From the NCBI GenBank assembly GCA_051362555.1, contig CM120645.1, positions 1,922,001 through 1,986,000 of the forward strand: a DNA stretch of 64,000 nt, written 5' to 3'. The stretch is from Lingula anatina (Eukaryota > Animalia > Brachiopoda). The first letter of the stretch is position 1. Each line of letters opens with the position of its first letter. Positions 26,294 through 39,003 of the stretch are shown here, piece by piece. The notes under the pieces were generated by a model, which had not been told where the DNA came from, made no database searches, and worked only from the letters and a program-made list of their open reading frames with translations. The translations under genes were made by a program, and so were the position numbers.

Positions 26294-29200
26294 TTGAAGA
26301 ATGCTAGGCTTATTTCCTAAAGCAAAACCATCAGGTAGCATATGTTCGGGTTATGATAAATTTTACTGTTATCATTGTGATTTGGGGTTAAATTTTTGTT
26401 AATTCTTTAAAAAACTTGTCTATATTTCCAGGGAGAGCATGTAGGCACCACTGAGGCCACAGAAACCTTTTTTGCTATGACCAAACTTTTCCAGTCCAAG
26501 GATGTGAGTTTCTACTCCCTCTTCCCTTTACTCTCAGTACATTTGAAATGATATAAATATACAGATAAATAGAATTGAAACACAACACATTTTAGACACA
26601 TGAACTGTATTTTATCACAAAGGCATGGTTAGAAATCCCAGAGACAAAGTGAATAAAAATAGAAAGCAAGATTTATTTATTTCTGTTTCCAGGTTACTCT
26701 CCGCCGCATGGTGTATCTTTGTATTAAAGAGATGTCCAAGATTTCTGAGGATGTCATCATTGTCACTAGCAGGTGTGTTATATAATTATATAAACACTGG
26801 TCAAGTAGCAGTTGATATGATTCTGAACCATCCATAACTTCCACTGTTAAAGATTGGAAAACTGATCCAGAATCATTGAGAAAATTACAATATATTTTCT
26901 TGGTTTCAAGTTATGCATGAAGTTTACTTTCATGAGTAAAATTTAGGTCAGTCTCAGTTACTAGAGTGACTTAAAAAAGAGAGAAACAAAGCACTCAAAG
27001 TTGAGGTTGCTGATAATTATCCTATGAACAATTTTGGATAAATTGGAAATAACTATTGTCTTTTTGTTTGATGTCAGTTTCTGTTGTTATTTCCAGTTTG
27101 ACCAAGGACATGACTGGCAAGGAAGACTCATTCCGTGGTCCAGCTATCAGAGCTCTGTGTATGATAACTGATGTAAGCAGTGCTTCTACTCAAAAAATAC
27201 TCCCTTTTAATCTTTTCAAATTCATTTGTTTATATATTTATCTTTTTTTAAAAACAAGATTATAACCACAGTAAATATTAGATCAAAAATGAATTGAGTC
27301 AGCTTTCCTGTACATTATTCTCCCCCCTTATCCCCTTTCCCATTGCACCATTGCAGACCACCATGTTGCAGAGTATAGAGAGATACCTGAAGCAGGCCAT
27401 AGTAGACAAGGTCCATGCTGTGTCCAGTGCTGCACTGACCTCTGCTCTGGTAAGTCACTAATGGTGTAGATGTAGTATTCTTACTGTTATGCTCATTATA
27501 CCACTCTCTAAGATATCGTGCTCACTGACAAAATCTTCTGTCAGAAGTTCAGTTTAGATTGATATTTTTTTTAAAATGTGTAATCCATATCTCTATATCC
27601 TGTGTTTGTGATGAAAACAAATCTTATATATTTCTGTTTTCTGTCTCAATTATTTCTGTACTTACTGTGTAGATAATTTCTGTATTTGCTGTTACTGTAG
27701 ATAATTTCTGTATTTACTGTTACCTGTTTCATTGTCATGTTGTAAGACACTGGATGACTTTGTGTCATTACTGAATGGAGACAGTAGTGGTCAGTGTGTA
27801 ATGGTTAGTGTGTTGTGTTCCAGCACCTGTCCAAGACCAGTAACGAGGTGGTCAAGCGCTGGGTCAACGAGGCACAGGAGGCAGTCAACAGTGACAATGT
27901 CATGGTCCAAGTGAGCCAGATTTATTTAATTTATTAAATTCATGAACAATTCTCTCTAGTTATACCATTTAATATTGTGAATACTGTTTTGTAGGAAAGA
28001 AAAATTGTCCTATTTTTCTGTAGAACATGAGGCCTCTGAAAGTTTTTATTACTTGACTGAGAGTAAGATGATAGTAATAGTTATAGTTTTACCCCCATCT
28101 ACAGCACACATGGTTTAGCCTCCATACCATCAACAATCTTTGTTGATATTATGTAATTGCCCAAGTGTATAAATTTGCGCATACATTAAAGAATGATATA
28201 TAACTCTAAACATCATTTCAGTATCACGCCCTGGGACTTCTGTACCACATCAGGAAGTCTGACCGTCTCTCAGTGACCAAGATGGTCTCCAAGTTCACCC
28301 GCCACTCTCTCAAGTCACCTTTTGCCTATTGTCTCTTGGTAAGTTATTTAAGGAGCAGAAACTCAAATGTAGTGTTATTTAGTTAGTACTTTCAAATTGA
28401 GCCTAACAAAATAAATGTTTCTAAATAGACTTAATGTGATTTTACCCAATTTACTTTGATACCATATTAGCCTTGGAAAAACTATTTCACTGCAATAAAA
28501 GAAATAAGAATATGAGACATATTAGTGTAGGATGTTCATGGTAACTTATTTTCTGTGTCAAATTTGATGCACCTATGTGTGATTTTTTTTCTTCAGATCC
28601 GTATTGCTTCTAAATTGATTGATGAAGAGGATGCTGGGTAAGTGAAAATACATTGACAATTATCGATCAGCAAGTGATATCTAGTTTTGAATGAGTCCCC
28701 TAATAAAATAATTTATAACTCTTACAGTTAGAAATAACTGTGCAGTTAGGAAATGACTCTGTTTATAGTGTCTGCTATCATATAGAACATACTTGATTTT
28801 ATTCATGTTATTATAACATACATGTATTCTTCTGTTTTCAAATATATACAATATATTTGTAACCTTTATAGGCAATGTTGATTCAATGTAATATGTCTGG
28901 AAAGAGTTATTTTCTGCTTTTCAATTTGATTTGTACTGTAAAATTTACAGCACTGACAGTCCAATGTTTGAGTTCATTGAGTCATGCCTGCGCCACAAGA
29001 GCGAGATGGTGATCTACGAAGGGGCGCATGCTATAGTGAACATGAAGCACACGACAGCCAAGGAACTGGCGCCAGCGGTGTCTGTGCTGCAACTGTTCTG
29101 TAGCTCTCCCAAACCTACTCTACGTTTTGCTGCCGTGAGAACGCTGAATAAGGTAAATACTGCAGGGTAGACAGGTGATGGGATGATGATGATAATAAAA

Positions 29201-29566
29201 ATAATTATAATAATAACAATAATTGCAGTGCCTCAAATCAATTAATAATGAAAAGCATTAATGATAATAATAATTGTAGAACCTCTAATCGAGGAATGAT
29301 AATAAACAAATTATTGTCAAACAAACTGCTCTTTGCACTAAATATATCAGTAAAAGAGACAGAACTCTTAATTTACATGATATAATGGAAATGATGCCAG
29401 GAGTGTGATCTTTACTGGACTTTACAGTTGTCCATTTTTGTGTCGTTAGGTAGCCATGAAGCACCCCGCTGCAGTGACAGCATGTAACTTAGACCTGGAG
29501 AACCTGATCACAGACAACAACAGAAGTATTGCCACTCTGGCCATCACCACACTGCTAAAGGTGGGT

Positions 29567-29613
<47 letters not shown>

Positions 29614-30801
29614 TTACAATATAGGTCAACATTTGACAGGCACAGTATAAATGATATTTTTAAAACAAGAATTTGACATTTTATTGGTAAACAATTTAAA
29701 TAATTTTAGTCACTATGACAGTGTTTTTTCTTCTATTTTTTTCACTATATACTATACTATGATACTTCAGTACATTTGCCAATAAACATTAAGGATATTT
29801 CAGTCCCAGACTGTACGACAGTGTGTTTTGTATATTTTAGACTGGCAGTGAGAGCAGTGTGGACCGGCTCATGAAGCAGATCTCCACTTTCATGTCAGAG
29901 ATCTCTGACGAGTTCAAGATAGTCGTTGTGGAAGCCATAAGGTTAGTTACTGTTATATTGGCTGTGGTTGAAATATCAAGGTTGAGTCTGGTCCTCATTA
30001 TATTTGTATTGCTTTTATTATTTATTCAGAGGTAAAGTTTTAAATAAGACTGATTATATTACCGACCTGTCCTTGGTTGACCTAAGCTTTTATTTATTTA
30101 TTATTTATTAAGGTCCCTGTGCATCAAGTTTCCCCGCAAGCATGGTGTGATGATGAGCTTTCTGGCCTCCATGCTGCGAGAGGAGGGCGGCCATGATTAC
30201 AAAAAGGCCATCGTGGACACCCTCATCCATATTGTGGAGGAGATCCCGGAGGCCAAAGAAATTGGTGAGTGATACCTAGGCTCTGAATAGAATACAGATG
30301 TTCTAAGGATACCAGTATGGCATGTTTCAGGGTGTAGTTTTCAGGATGTGTCTCCCGTGATAAAAAATCTATAGAACTCAATTTTGATGAAATTTTTTGC
30401 CCGAGTGTGACTTTGAAAAAGTAAAAAGTCGTAATTATCAAACTGAGAACAGTGTCACCAATCTGTTCCAAGATGAAATATGAGGAAATTGCCTAAATCT
30501 GAAAACTAGTTTATTTTGTGAAAAACGTTTCACAGTGGTACTTCTTCATCATGGAGTATTCTTTTCTCTTCCAGGACTCTCTCATCTCTGCGAGTTTATA
30601 GAAGACTGTGAGCACACCAGCCTGGCTACACGTATTTTGCACCTGTTAGGACGCGAGGGTCCTCGTACCCCACAACCATCCAAGTACATCCGTTACATCT
30701 ACAACCGTGTTATCTTGGAGAACTCACCAGTTAGAGCAGGTAGGACATGAAGGAATTTCACATCTTGTTTGTGTTTGCATGCATGAGTATACACATGATA
30801 A

Positions 30802-30849
<48 letters not shown>

Positions 30850-33086
30850 AAAACATAATGTATAAGAATTTATATTTTGTCTCAATTTTACATCCAGCAT
30901 TTTTACTGTTTTCACTTTTTAACGCGTAGCTTAAAATGTGTTACTTCTTATAGCTGGATAGAAATCTTTTTTCCTTCACTAGTCCAGTTAGTATGGATCT
31001 TAAAACTTTATAGCATTTGAATAAACCAGATGTTAAGTTCTTTAATGCAAATCTCTTCAGCAGATCTTTTAAGTTCATTTAATGTTCCATCAAATATTTA
31101 GAGCTGGTGTGTTCAGTTCTGTGTGCTTCCTTTCAGCTGCGGTGACTGCCCTGGCAAAGTTTGGTGCTCACTGTGAGGAGCTGCTGCCCAGCATATTGGT
31201 CTTGTTACAGAGGTACAGTGAATGGTGTGGTCACTATGATACTCTAAGAGCAACATGAAGCATACAGCACACCTTATAACTATTATCAGAGTGTGATACC
31301 TATTTACTGAGGTCCCAGAATGGCCAAAATGCAGAATCCATTTCATAAAGCATTTCTTTCAGTTTTATAAAATACACCTTGTCAGTAATTTGCCCCCAAG
31401 GCCTCATGAAAAATATTACCTTCCATCTTCCAGATCTCTCCTAGATGTGGATGACGAGGTGCGAGATCGAGCCACCTTCTATCTGAACATCCTGCAAGAG
31501 CAGCAGAAAGCTCTCAACTCTGCCTACATTCTGAATGGTGAGAAATGCAGTTAGGAATATCATTTGTTGTCTGCAGTATTTCATTTTATTTTCTGTAAAG
31601 ATCAATGTAAACTTAAATGGTATGAAATTTATCACTGCTTTTTGTCCTCTATATATGTATGTGATCAAAATTTTTGAGTACTGGTTATCGCTAAATGTTT
31701 ATATTACAAATCTGTAATTTGGTTAAGTTTGTATCAATTTGTATTACTACCAGAATTTAGAACTAAATCCTGAAAATTAGACTGATAAAGGACACATAAT
31801 TACATATATCTTGAATAAAAAATCCCCCCAGGTCTCCAAGTATCTATCGTGGGACTGGAGCGTGCCCTGCACAGCTATACCATGGAGCCGTCAGACAAAC
31901 CATTTGACATGAAGACTGTACCCATTGTGGCCCAACCTATGGCAGAACAGAAACCTGGTAGGTGGAGGGGGGAGTGGAATTTATTTATTTATTTATTTAC
32001 AAATTTTTGACTTGTGATGTAAAGTATTTTGTATAAAATGTTTCAAAATGATAAAAGGGAGGGAGGTATCCTCTTTTCACTGCATTCTGTGCTTCCATTG
32101 TTGTTGCACATCTTTCCTACAACATCTTTAAAACAGTCTACCATAATATTAGTTACACCTCTGCTGTATAAAATCCGGTGATTGATTGATTTTCCCCCTT
32201 CTCTGTTAGAGAGACCCCAGCTCACCAAGACAAAGGGTAAGCAGACACTGGGTATGATGTAGAAATGGAAAGAAGGGATTGGAAATTGATAGGTTTTTGT
32301 TTCATGCAATTTTATGTTTAATTGTTGCACATTTTTTTTTCATCTTCCAATTTAATCCATGGAGATAAAAGGTTTTCTGGTTTTATCCAAAATCCAGATA
32401 TTTTGGTGTTGTATTTATCCCCCCCCTCTCCCCCCTCTCCCCAAGAAACCCTATATGGAGCCAAGCATCTTTGGTGCTTGCGTTTTCAGGATATTTGAAA
32501 GGTCCACTTCCTTCTCTGGGCTGTCTTATATAAAGTGTAATGGATCTTGTGGTAAAGGTGAATAACCTGACTGTGCTGGTATTCTGTTCTTATGATTGAT
32601 ATTATATAATATATTATGTCTGTGTTCATACTGAAGTAAAGCTTAATGGCAGGAATACCATCTTGGCGGGATGCCCTGGTTTCAGGGGATATTGTTTAGG
32701 TTCAGTCACATCTCTGAGCAGGGCCTACATGGTGGAGACTTATCTTTTGTTGCAGTTCTTTGCTGTGTATTTGTTTGATATTAAAAGAATTGTTTTCAGC
32801 AGGACCTTGCTGGTGTATTTAGTTTGTTATAAGGAATTTTATTTTTTGAGGGGATTTTATTTATTGAATGTATCAGAGGAATAGTAATCAACAGTCTTTG
32901 GATTGATGACTTTTGTGCTTTAATATTTATTTGAAGCACATGACAAACTGTAAACTTCTTGCCACACCCTAACATCCATCTGTCTTCCCATCCATAGTCA
33001 AGCACAGTGGCTATATCAAGATAATTATAAATTGATATGTACAAACGATAGGGTACAACAAAAAGAACACATTTTTCTTGACCTTA

Positions 33087-33156
<70 letters not shown>

Positions 33157-34987
33157 AGCAGCTGGAGCAATCCCTGGGGAAGCAGGGGGCGGGGGGTCAA
33201 GACCAGCAGAGAAAGTGGCCGCTTCCAGACAGGATGTCTATGCAGGTAGGGAGTGTAGAATAAACAGAATATGGAAAATGAATATAAATTACTTAAAAGA
33301 ATTTTCAAATAGAATTTTAAGATTTTAAGAAGTTTTTTTTATTATAAGTAAAAAAAAATATTATTGTCAAAAGGAGAGTTTTATCTATAACAAACACAAT
33401 TTACATAACTACATAATCAATTCCATTCCAGAACAACTGGCAGCCATTCCAGAGTTCAGCACCTTGGGTCCGTTGTTCAAATCATCCAACCTTCCCGTGG
33501 AACTCACCGAGAGCGAGACTGAGTACATGGTTCACTGTGTCAAACACATGTTCCAGAACTATATTGTACTTCAGGTGAGGCTTACTGCAGCTAAAATACA
33601 GATTTTATACTTCAAAGTATCAGAGCTGATGTTTTTTACTAAGACTGTGAGTTTTTGTGAGCTTGAACTTTTTGTTCTCAATACATGTCATAGTTTAATT
33701 TGGATACAGCATACACCAACGAGAGGAGTATGTGACATGCACTCATGCTTTGCATTCAAGTATATCACACACACCTCGCTGAATTGTGGTTTGTCCATTA
33801 CTTACCCCGTAAGTTTCCCTCTCCTTCAGTTTGACTGTACCAACACCCTAAATGACCAGCAGCTAGAGAAGGTCATCGTCCAGATGGAGCCGTCCGAGGG
33901 CTTCGAGGTGGTCAGTTACATCCCAGCCCCTGTCCTGAAGTACAATGTACCTGGTATTACATATACACTGGTTAGACTACCAGAGGACCCCACTCTAGGT
34001 AAGTACAATGTACCTGCTATTACATATACACTGGTTAGACTACCAGAGGACCCCACTCTAGGTAAGTACAATGTACCTGGTATTACATATACACTGGTTA
34101 GACTACCAGAGGACCCCACTCTAGGTAAGTACAATGTACCTGGTATTACATATACACTGGTTAGACTACCAGAGGACCCCACTTTAGGTAAGTACAATGT
34201 ACCTGGTATTACATATACACTGGTTAGACTACCAGAGGACCCCACTCTAGGTAAGTACAATGTACCTGGTATTACATATACACTGGTTAGACTACCAGAG
34301 GACCCCACTCTAGGTAAGTACAATGTACCTGGTATTACATATACACTGGTTAGACTACCAGAGGACCCCACTCTAGGTAAGAACAATGTACCTGGTATTA
34401 CCTATACACTGGTTAGACTACCAGAGGACCCCACTCTAGGTATATAGCTGTTCTTAGTTAAATTAAGATATTTTTCTATTTTAGATATGGGCCTTTAACC
34501 TTACCTCTTACATGATTTGAAATTGTATGACTTAAGATTGGAAAATATAGACAAAAATTTTGGAATCTACAAATTGTGTATGTATGAAGATTTTTTTTCT
34601 TTTCTTTTTTCTTGATTCAGGGGTGCACCGTAGGGCCCAGAACAAATTTTCTTAAGTTACCATTTAACTTAATGTTGTGATTTAAAGTGAATCATGTATT
34701 GAAATAGTGATTTAAATACTCACAATACTAGAAGTCAAAGTGTGTGTGTTATTGTTACAGCAACTGGTACATTCAGCTGCACCCTGAAGTTCCTGGTGAA
34801 GGATTGTGACCCTAACACTGGAGAGACTGATGATGAGGGGTACGAGGATGAATACGTGGTATGTATGGGTAGATTTCACTGCAGTTTGAAGCCTTTAATT
34901 TCAGGGTGGCTTCCATGTATTTTTCTCTTAAGTTGCATTTATACTAGATCTCTGCATGTTCGTCTCAATCTCTACTAGCAGTAGATT

Positions 34988-35043
<56 letters not shown>

Positions 35044-35971
35044 CTAAATGCAAATGATGCATGATCTAGATCCTGATTTCCCATGAGGAAAGCTATCTAA
35101 GGAACCTCTGATGCATTTAAGCCAGATTAAAATTGTTGTATTCTATATAATGTTACTGTAATCCAATGGCACTATACCAATCTCTGTTATAATGGCAAGG
35201 CTGGGACAAGATACTGATTAGATTAGCTTTTTATGGTTAGAAATCTAGCACTGATATTATATACTAGGCTATTTGTTATCTCCATAGCTAGAGGACCTGG
35301 AGGTGACGGTGGCGGACCATGTCCAGAAGGTGATGAAGCCAAACTTTGCTGCCTCCTGGGAGGAGGTTGGGGAGGAGAACGAGATTGAGGACACCTATGC
35401 CTTGTCTTCTATGAAATCTTTGCAGGGTAAGGACAGTGTGTGTGTACATTTGTTTGGTTCATATGTGAAGTGAATCATGTAAAATGTGATATTGTAAATC
35501 CCAGCTCTCATGACCGAGTTCTTTCTCTGCTGGCCTAGTATGATATTTATTCATATCTTTGTGATTTAAATGTCGTGCTTTTTCAGCTTCTGCTAGGTAG
35601 TTGGTACATGTTTCTTTGGGATTTAGAATTTTATTCTAAAGTTAATGTCACACATATCAGAATAATAGTGGAAAAACATAAAAAGTTTAGCTAGAAGCAA
35701 GCATAAAGGATCTCAATTATGTTTTTTCTGTGTGATTACAGAAGCCGTGAAGACTATCATACAGTTCATGGGAATGCAGCCCTGCGAGCGTTCTGACAAA
35801 ATCCCTGAAGGGAAGAGTTCGCACACCCTCTACCTGGCTGGTGTCTATCGTGGCGGCCATGACATACTGGTACGGGCCAAGCTCGCCATGGGAGATGGCG
35901 TCACCATGCAGATCACCGTACGAAGTACCGACCCACATGCTGCAGAGGTGATCTCATCCGCTGTGGGTTAA
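23912..35971 (+). CDS. COPG: Coatomer subunit gamma (gamma-COP), complete, 24 constitutive coding exons
   Basis: Exons: 23912-23951, 25720-25769, 26059-26139, 26432-26503, 26693-26772, 27097-27172, 27357-27449, 27824-27910, 28222-28338, 28597-28637, 28951-29152, 29450-29560, 29841-29941, 30113-30264, 30575-30739, 31137-31212, 31434-31537, 31832-31957, 33159-33245, 33432-33574, 33830-33998, 34761-34858, 35288-35426, 35742-35971(TAA). Translation [44 protein letters not shown]...[11 protein letters not shown]...[13 protein letters not shown]...[26 protein letters not shown]...AEVISSAVG matches COPG1/COPG2 as recalled. Confidence 0.98.
29567..29613. repeat. (TTTA)n microsatellite just after the gamma-COP exon 12 donor
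   Basis: Direct reading. Confidence 0.9.
32210..32236 (+). CDS. COPG: Probable 27-nt cassette microexon of gamma-COP (ERPQLTKTK); 42 nt if the second donor at 32252 is used
   Basis: Strong acceptor TTTTCCCCCTTCTCTGTTAG, donor G|GTAAGC, phase 1-1, frame-preserving, no stop; lies in the variable trunk-appendage linker. Confidence 0.7.
33089..33155. repeat. (ATT)~22 microsatellite abutting the gamma-COP exon 19 acceptor
   Basis: Direct reading; followed immediately by CAG|CAG. Confidence 0.95.
33938..34441 (+). repeat. Eight copies of a 63-bp unit = last 61 nt of gamma-COP exon 21 + GT donor
   Basis: Unit AAGTACAATGTACCTGGTATTACATATACACTGGTTAGACTACCAGAGGACCCCACTCTAGGT, near identical between copies. 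GT at 33999, 34062, 34125, 34188, 34251, 34314, 34377, 34440. Confidence 0.97.
34989..35040. repeat. (CT)n microsatellite
   Basis: Direct reading. Confidence 0.95.
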
Positions 35972-36155
35972 TTATAGATTCCTCGTACAGGGATGGTCCA
36001 AGGAAATGGCAGTTTATGATAAGAACAACAGAACTATATATGTATCACCAAATATTGTACGTTGCGAGGAAGAGGTACACGAACTTTGATTACTTTCAAA
36101 AACTACTAATATTGTGCTTTATATGATTAGGGAGGCATGATGCCTTATTTCTTTC

Positions 36156-36410
36156 AATAAAAAAATATTTGAGGTGTTTATTAAACTTGAACAGACTTGA
36201 AGGGGTATTCTAATTGCTTGGCATTCTGATTTGAGTGAGGGAAGTGAAGTAAAAAGTAATTGATTATGAACATTGAAATGCTGAATCTTATATACGTTCA
36301 TCAGCCAAAATGTGTCCAATTTGCATCTCTTTATATAAAACTTCATAAATGTATGTTGAATGTTGCATTTTGAAAAAAAAACAGAAGTATCAGATAATTG
36401 TAGAAATAAA
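36156..36410 (+). terminator. Candidate gamma-COP polyadenylation signals
   Basis: AATAAA at 36156-36161 and 36405-36410, downstream of the stop codon. Confidence 0.55.
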
Positions 36411-36937
36411 TAGACAACTGCCAAGATCTCGAGTTCTGTTATTGACTGCTGGAGATTATAATGTATTCCCATTGTTTAAGCGGCGTTTTCGTTTGTACTT
36501 GTGCAAAAAAATGCTCGTATAAAGAAAAAGTAAAATTTAAAGGTTCAATTTTTTATTCCAATTTTTTATTTTTTATTTTATGTATTGAATCTTTCAAACC
36601 TCTTGTAAATTAATTCTTGGTCGGCTCTGCTTATATGTGCAGTTAAACGAAAATGGCTTTGAACGAAATGTACTAATTGCCGTGTGAAATGGAACAAGCC
36701 CGGATTGCGATAGTTATGCCACGTAATTGTGTTTTGGCTGTGACTCTTAAGACGGTGATCTGCTGGACGACCAACACATGAGAAGAAATGAAGTTGACAA
36801 ATCCAAACTAAAATAATTTTAAACTGATGTGAAAAAAACTTTCCTGAACAACTTGAATTGTAACTGGATAATTCAAGTTTCCCAAAAAAATTACACATCT
36901 ATGAAAGTCAAATAAAAGCGCTTCATATTAACAAAAA

Positions 36938-38095
36938 CTAACTCAAAACTGTAGCAAAGTTAACTGTAAAGAGCAAGTCATCTATGATTAGCCAGCTTGC
37001 CGTGGAGGGCTGTAGAACGAGAATCAAAACTGCCGTCACGCACGCGCCCGCCGCCGTCAGCCACATACCAAGCCCAATGTAATAACTAAACAGGGCAGTG
37101 AGACCCACTAACATGTAACCCCCACAAAACATTATCACACAGTCGTCCCATATTTCATATGGCGCTGACGAATCCGGCCATTTATGTATACAGTAAGTTA
37201 AAGAATGCGCAAGGGCAAACATCGTAGCTTTGGCAAACAACATCTTAGCAGCTTGGAAAACAGTTTGTTGTGTTCTGTACGGTAAGACGTAAGGTAAACG
37301 CCTCGTGCTGTTGGTGAATATGTGGAAGACTGCCACTGAGAATATTTTCGGAACTTTAAACTCTGCTGGAAATGCGAAAATTGACGGCAGTTGTTTTAGT
37401 GATTGGAACGTCTGCCAGATGGCGCTGCATGTCAGTCCAGTGATGGTGGCTGTGATGGAGAAAAGCCTTGGTCGTTTCCCGACATAATAAACGAAATAAA
37501 TGAAAGCAACGGTGGCAAACGCAAGGAATACCCCTGTTAAAGTTCCAACAAACAGGAGAAAAAAGAAAATAGTCTTGGTTTTCATGAGGTTGTAATGAAA
37601 CCCTATCCCATATACAATCGCTAAACCCAGCACGATGAAGCCAGACATATTCTCAAAATCGAGATCTTTTGTCGTGTCCAGTTCCCATTCCTCTCTCTCC
37701 GGGACTGTAGCAGCTGCCCACAGAACACTGAGTATGAGGACTACAACAAGAGTCCCATAGAGATCAAGTGGATCTAACACAGCGTCTATCATTGCACGTT
37801 TTTCTGGATCCTTCCATTCTAGCAGACGATCAGGTCCAGAAGACGACGTGTTTATTGATTTCGATGGCGAGGCAGTGTCCTCGATTGCTGAAAGCACCCC
37901 TATTAACGCCCCTTGGAAAGGAACGTGATAGCGTTCAAGTCCCTGGGGTCCAGAAGTCTTAGCGATGATTTTGGCTATAGAATAAGTGATGCCGGCCGTC
38001 ATCGCCCATCCGCCATATTTGTGGCAAATTCTAACCAGGCAGACGATCTGCCATAGTCCCAGCACACCCACGAGAAGTGTAGATGACTTCACCAT
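36938..38095 (-). CDS. Uncharacterised multipass membrane protein, single-exon ORF, 385 aa
   Basis: 1158-bp uninterrupted ORF, more GC-rich than its flanks, with many ~20-aa hydrophobic segments. In-frame stop shortly upstream of the ATG, a TATAAA ~60 nt upstream, and minus-strand AATAAA near 36550-36570. No family recognised. Confidence 0.75.
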   Translation of the reverse strand: MVKSSTLLVGVLGLWQIVCLVRICHKYGGWAMTAGITYSIAKIIAKTSGPQGLERYHVPFQGALIGVLSAIEDTASPSKSINTSSSGPDRLLEWKDPEKRAMIDAVLDPLDLYGTLVVVLILSVLWAAATVPEREEWELDTTKDLDFENMSGFIVLGLAIVYGIGFHYNLMKTKTIFFFLLFVGTLTGVFLAFATVAFIYFVYYVGKRPRLFSITATITGLTCSAIWQTFQSLKQLPSIFAFPAEFKVPKIFSVAVFHIFTNSTRRLPYVLPYRTQQTVFQAAKMLFAKATMFALAHSLTYCIHKWPDSSAPYEIWDDCVIMFCGGYMLVGLTALFSYYIGLGMWLTAAGACVTAVLILVLQPSTASWLIIDDLLFTVNFATVLS

Positions 38096-39003
38096 GTTGA
38101 GGGCATTGACTAAATTCCTGGATCAAGGCTGATTGCAAGACTTTATCCCATGACATTTATATCCCCCGCTTTGCCGCACAAGATTATAATTGTCTTTATA
38201 GATTTCTGTCCATCTTAAAAATTAGAACACTGACTGATCTTCAATAAGTCCAAACACCACCGAGTAGGCCTAGTGTTAGTCCACAACATTAAGACAACGT
38301 CAGCTCTTAATCTGTTTGACAAGCTCCTCCTAATATCTAACCCAGTGTTGGACCGGACGCTCCATAAACTTCCACACCTCTTCTACACGTACGGTGATGT
38401 CGATGGTGTTCGACTACGTACTGCATGGGTAGTGAGAAACGAAATGTAGTAGACCAGTAAGTTGTATGCCTTAACGTGTACAAGTACTATGTCTTTCACG
38501 ACAGGTCGATTTGATTGCTTTGTGGCTTTAAGGCTATTCAAAATCCAATAAATGAGTGTTTGGCGACCTGTGCATTCAGTGCGCGGGCGACAGAATTGAT
38601 TTTGCGCTCAGCGGTAATGCGTAAACACAGGCTTCCGAACACGCTTTAATGCAATTACAAGTGGTTACAGCATGACTCTCTCACTCTGTGATTGTTTTGT
38701 TTGTTATACAGGGACAAGTTCATATATTTCAGATTAGGAGACTGGGTAATTTTTTTACCTTTGCGTATCTGATTAAATGGACTATGTATAATAGATTTTA
38801 TTACTTTTCCCCGATCACGATTTTGTAGCAAGTTAATTAATTTATAATCTGTTATTTTTGCGTGGCCCTTTTTTGCCATTAGATCTCAGCATTGTATTTT
38901 ATATCTATTCATCTGTTTTTTTTTTTTTTTTCAAAATGGTAATTTCATCAAAATGGTAATAATTCCTTTTAAGGATTAGTTCTAACTTAATTTAGATTGA
39001 AGT

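Noticed and set aside
33464-34447. 327-aa ORF as a separate repeat protein
   Set aside because: It is gamma-COP exon 20, a stop-free 255-nt intron, exon 21 and the 63-bp array read through.
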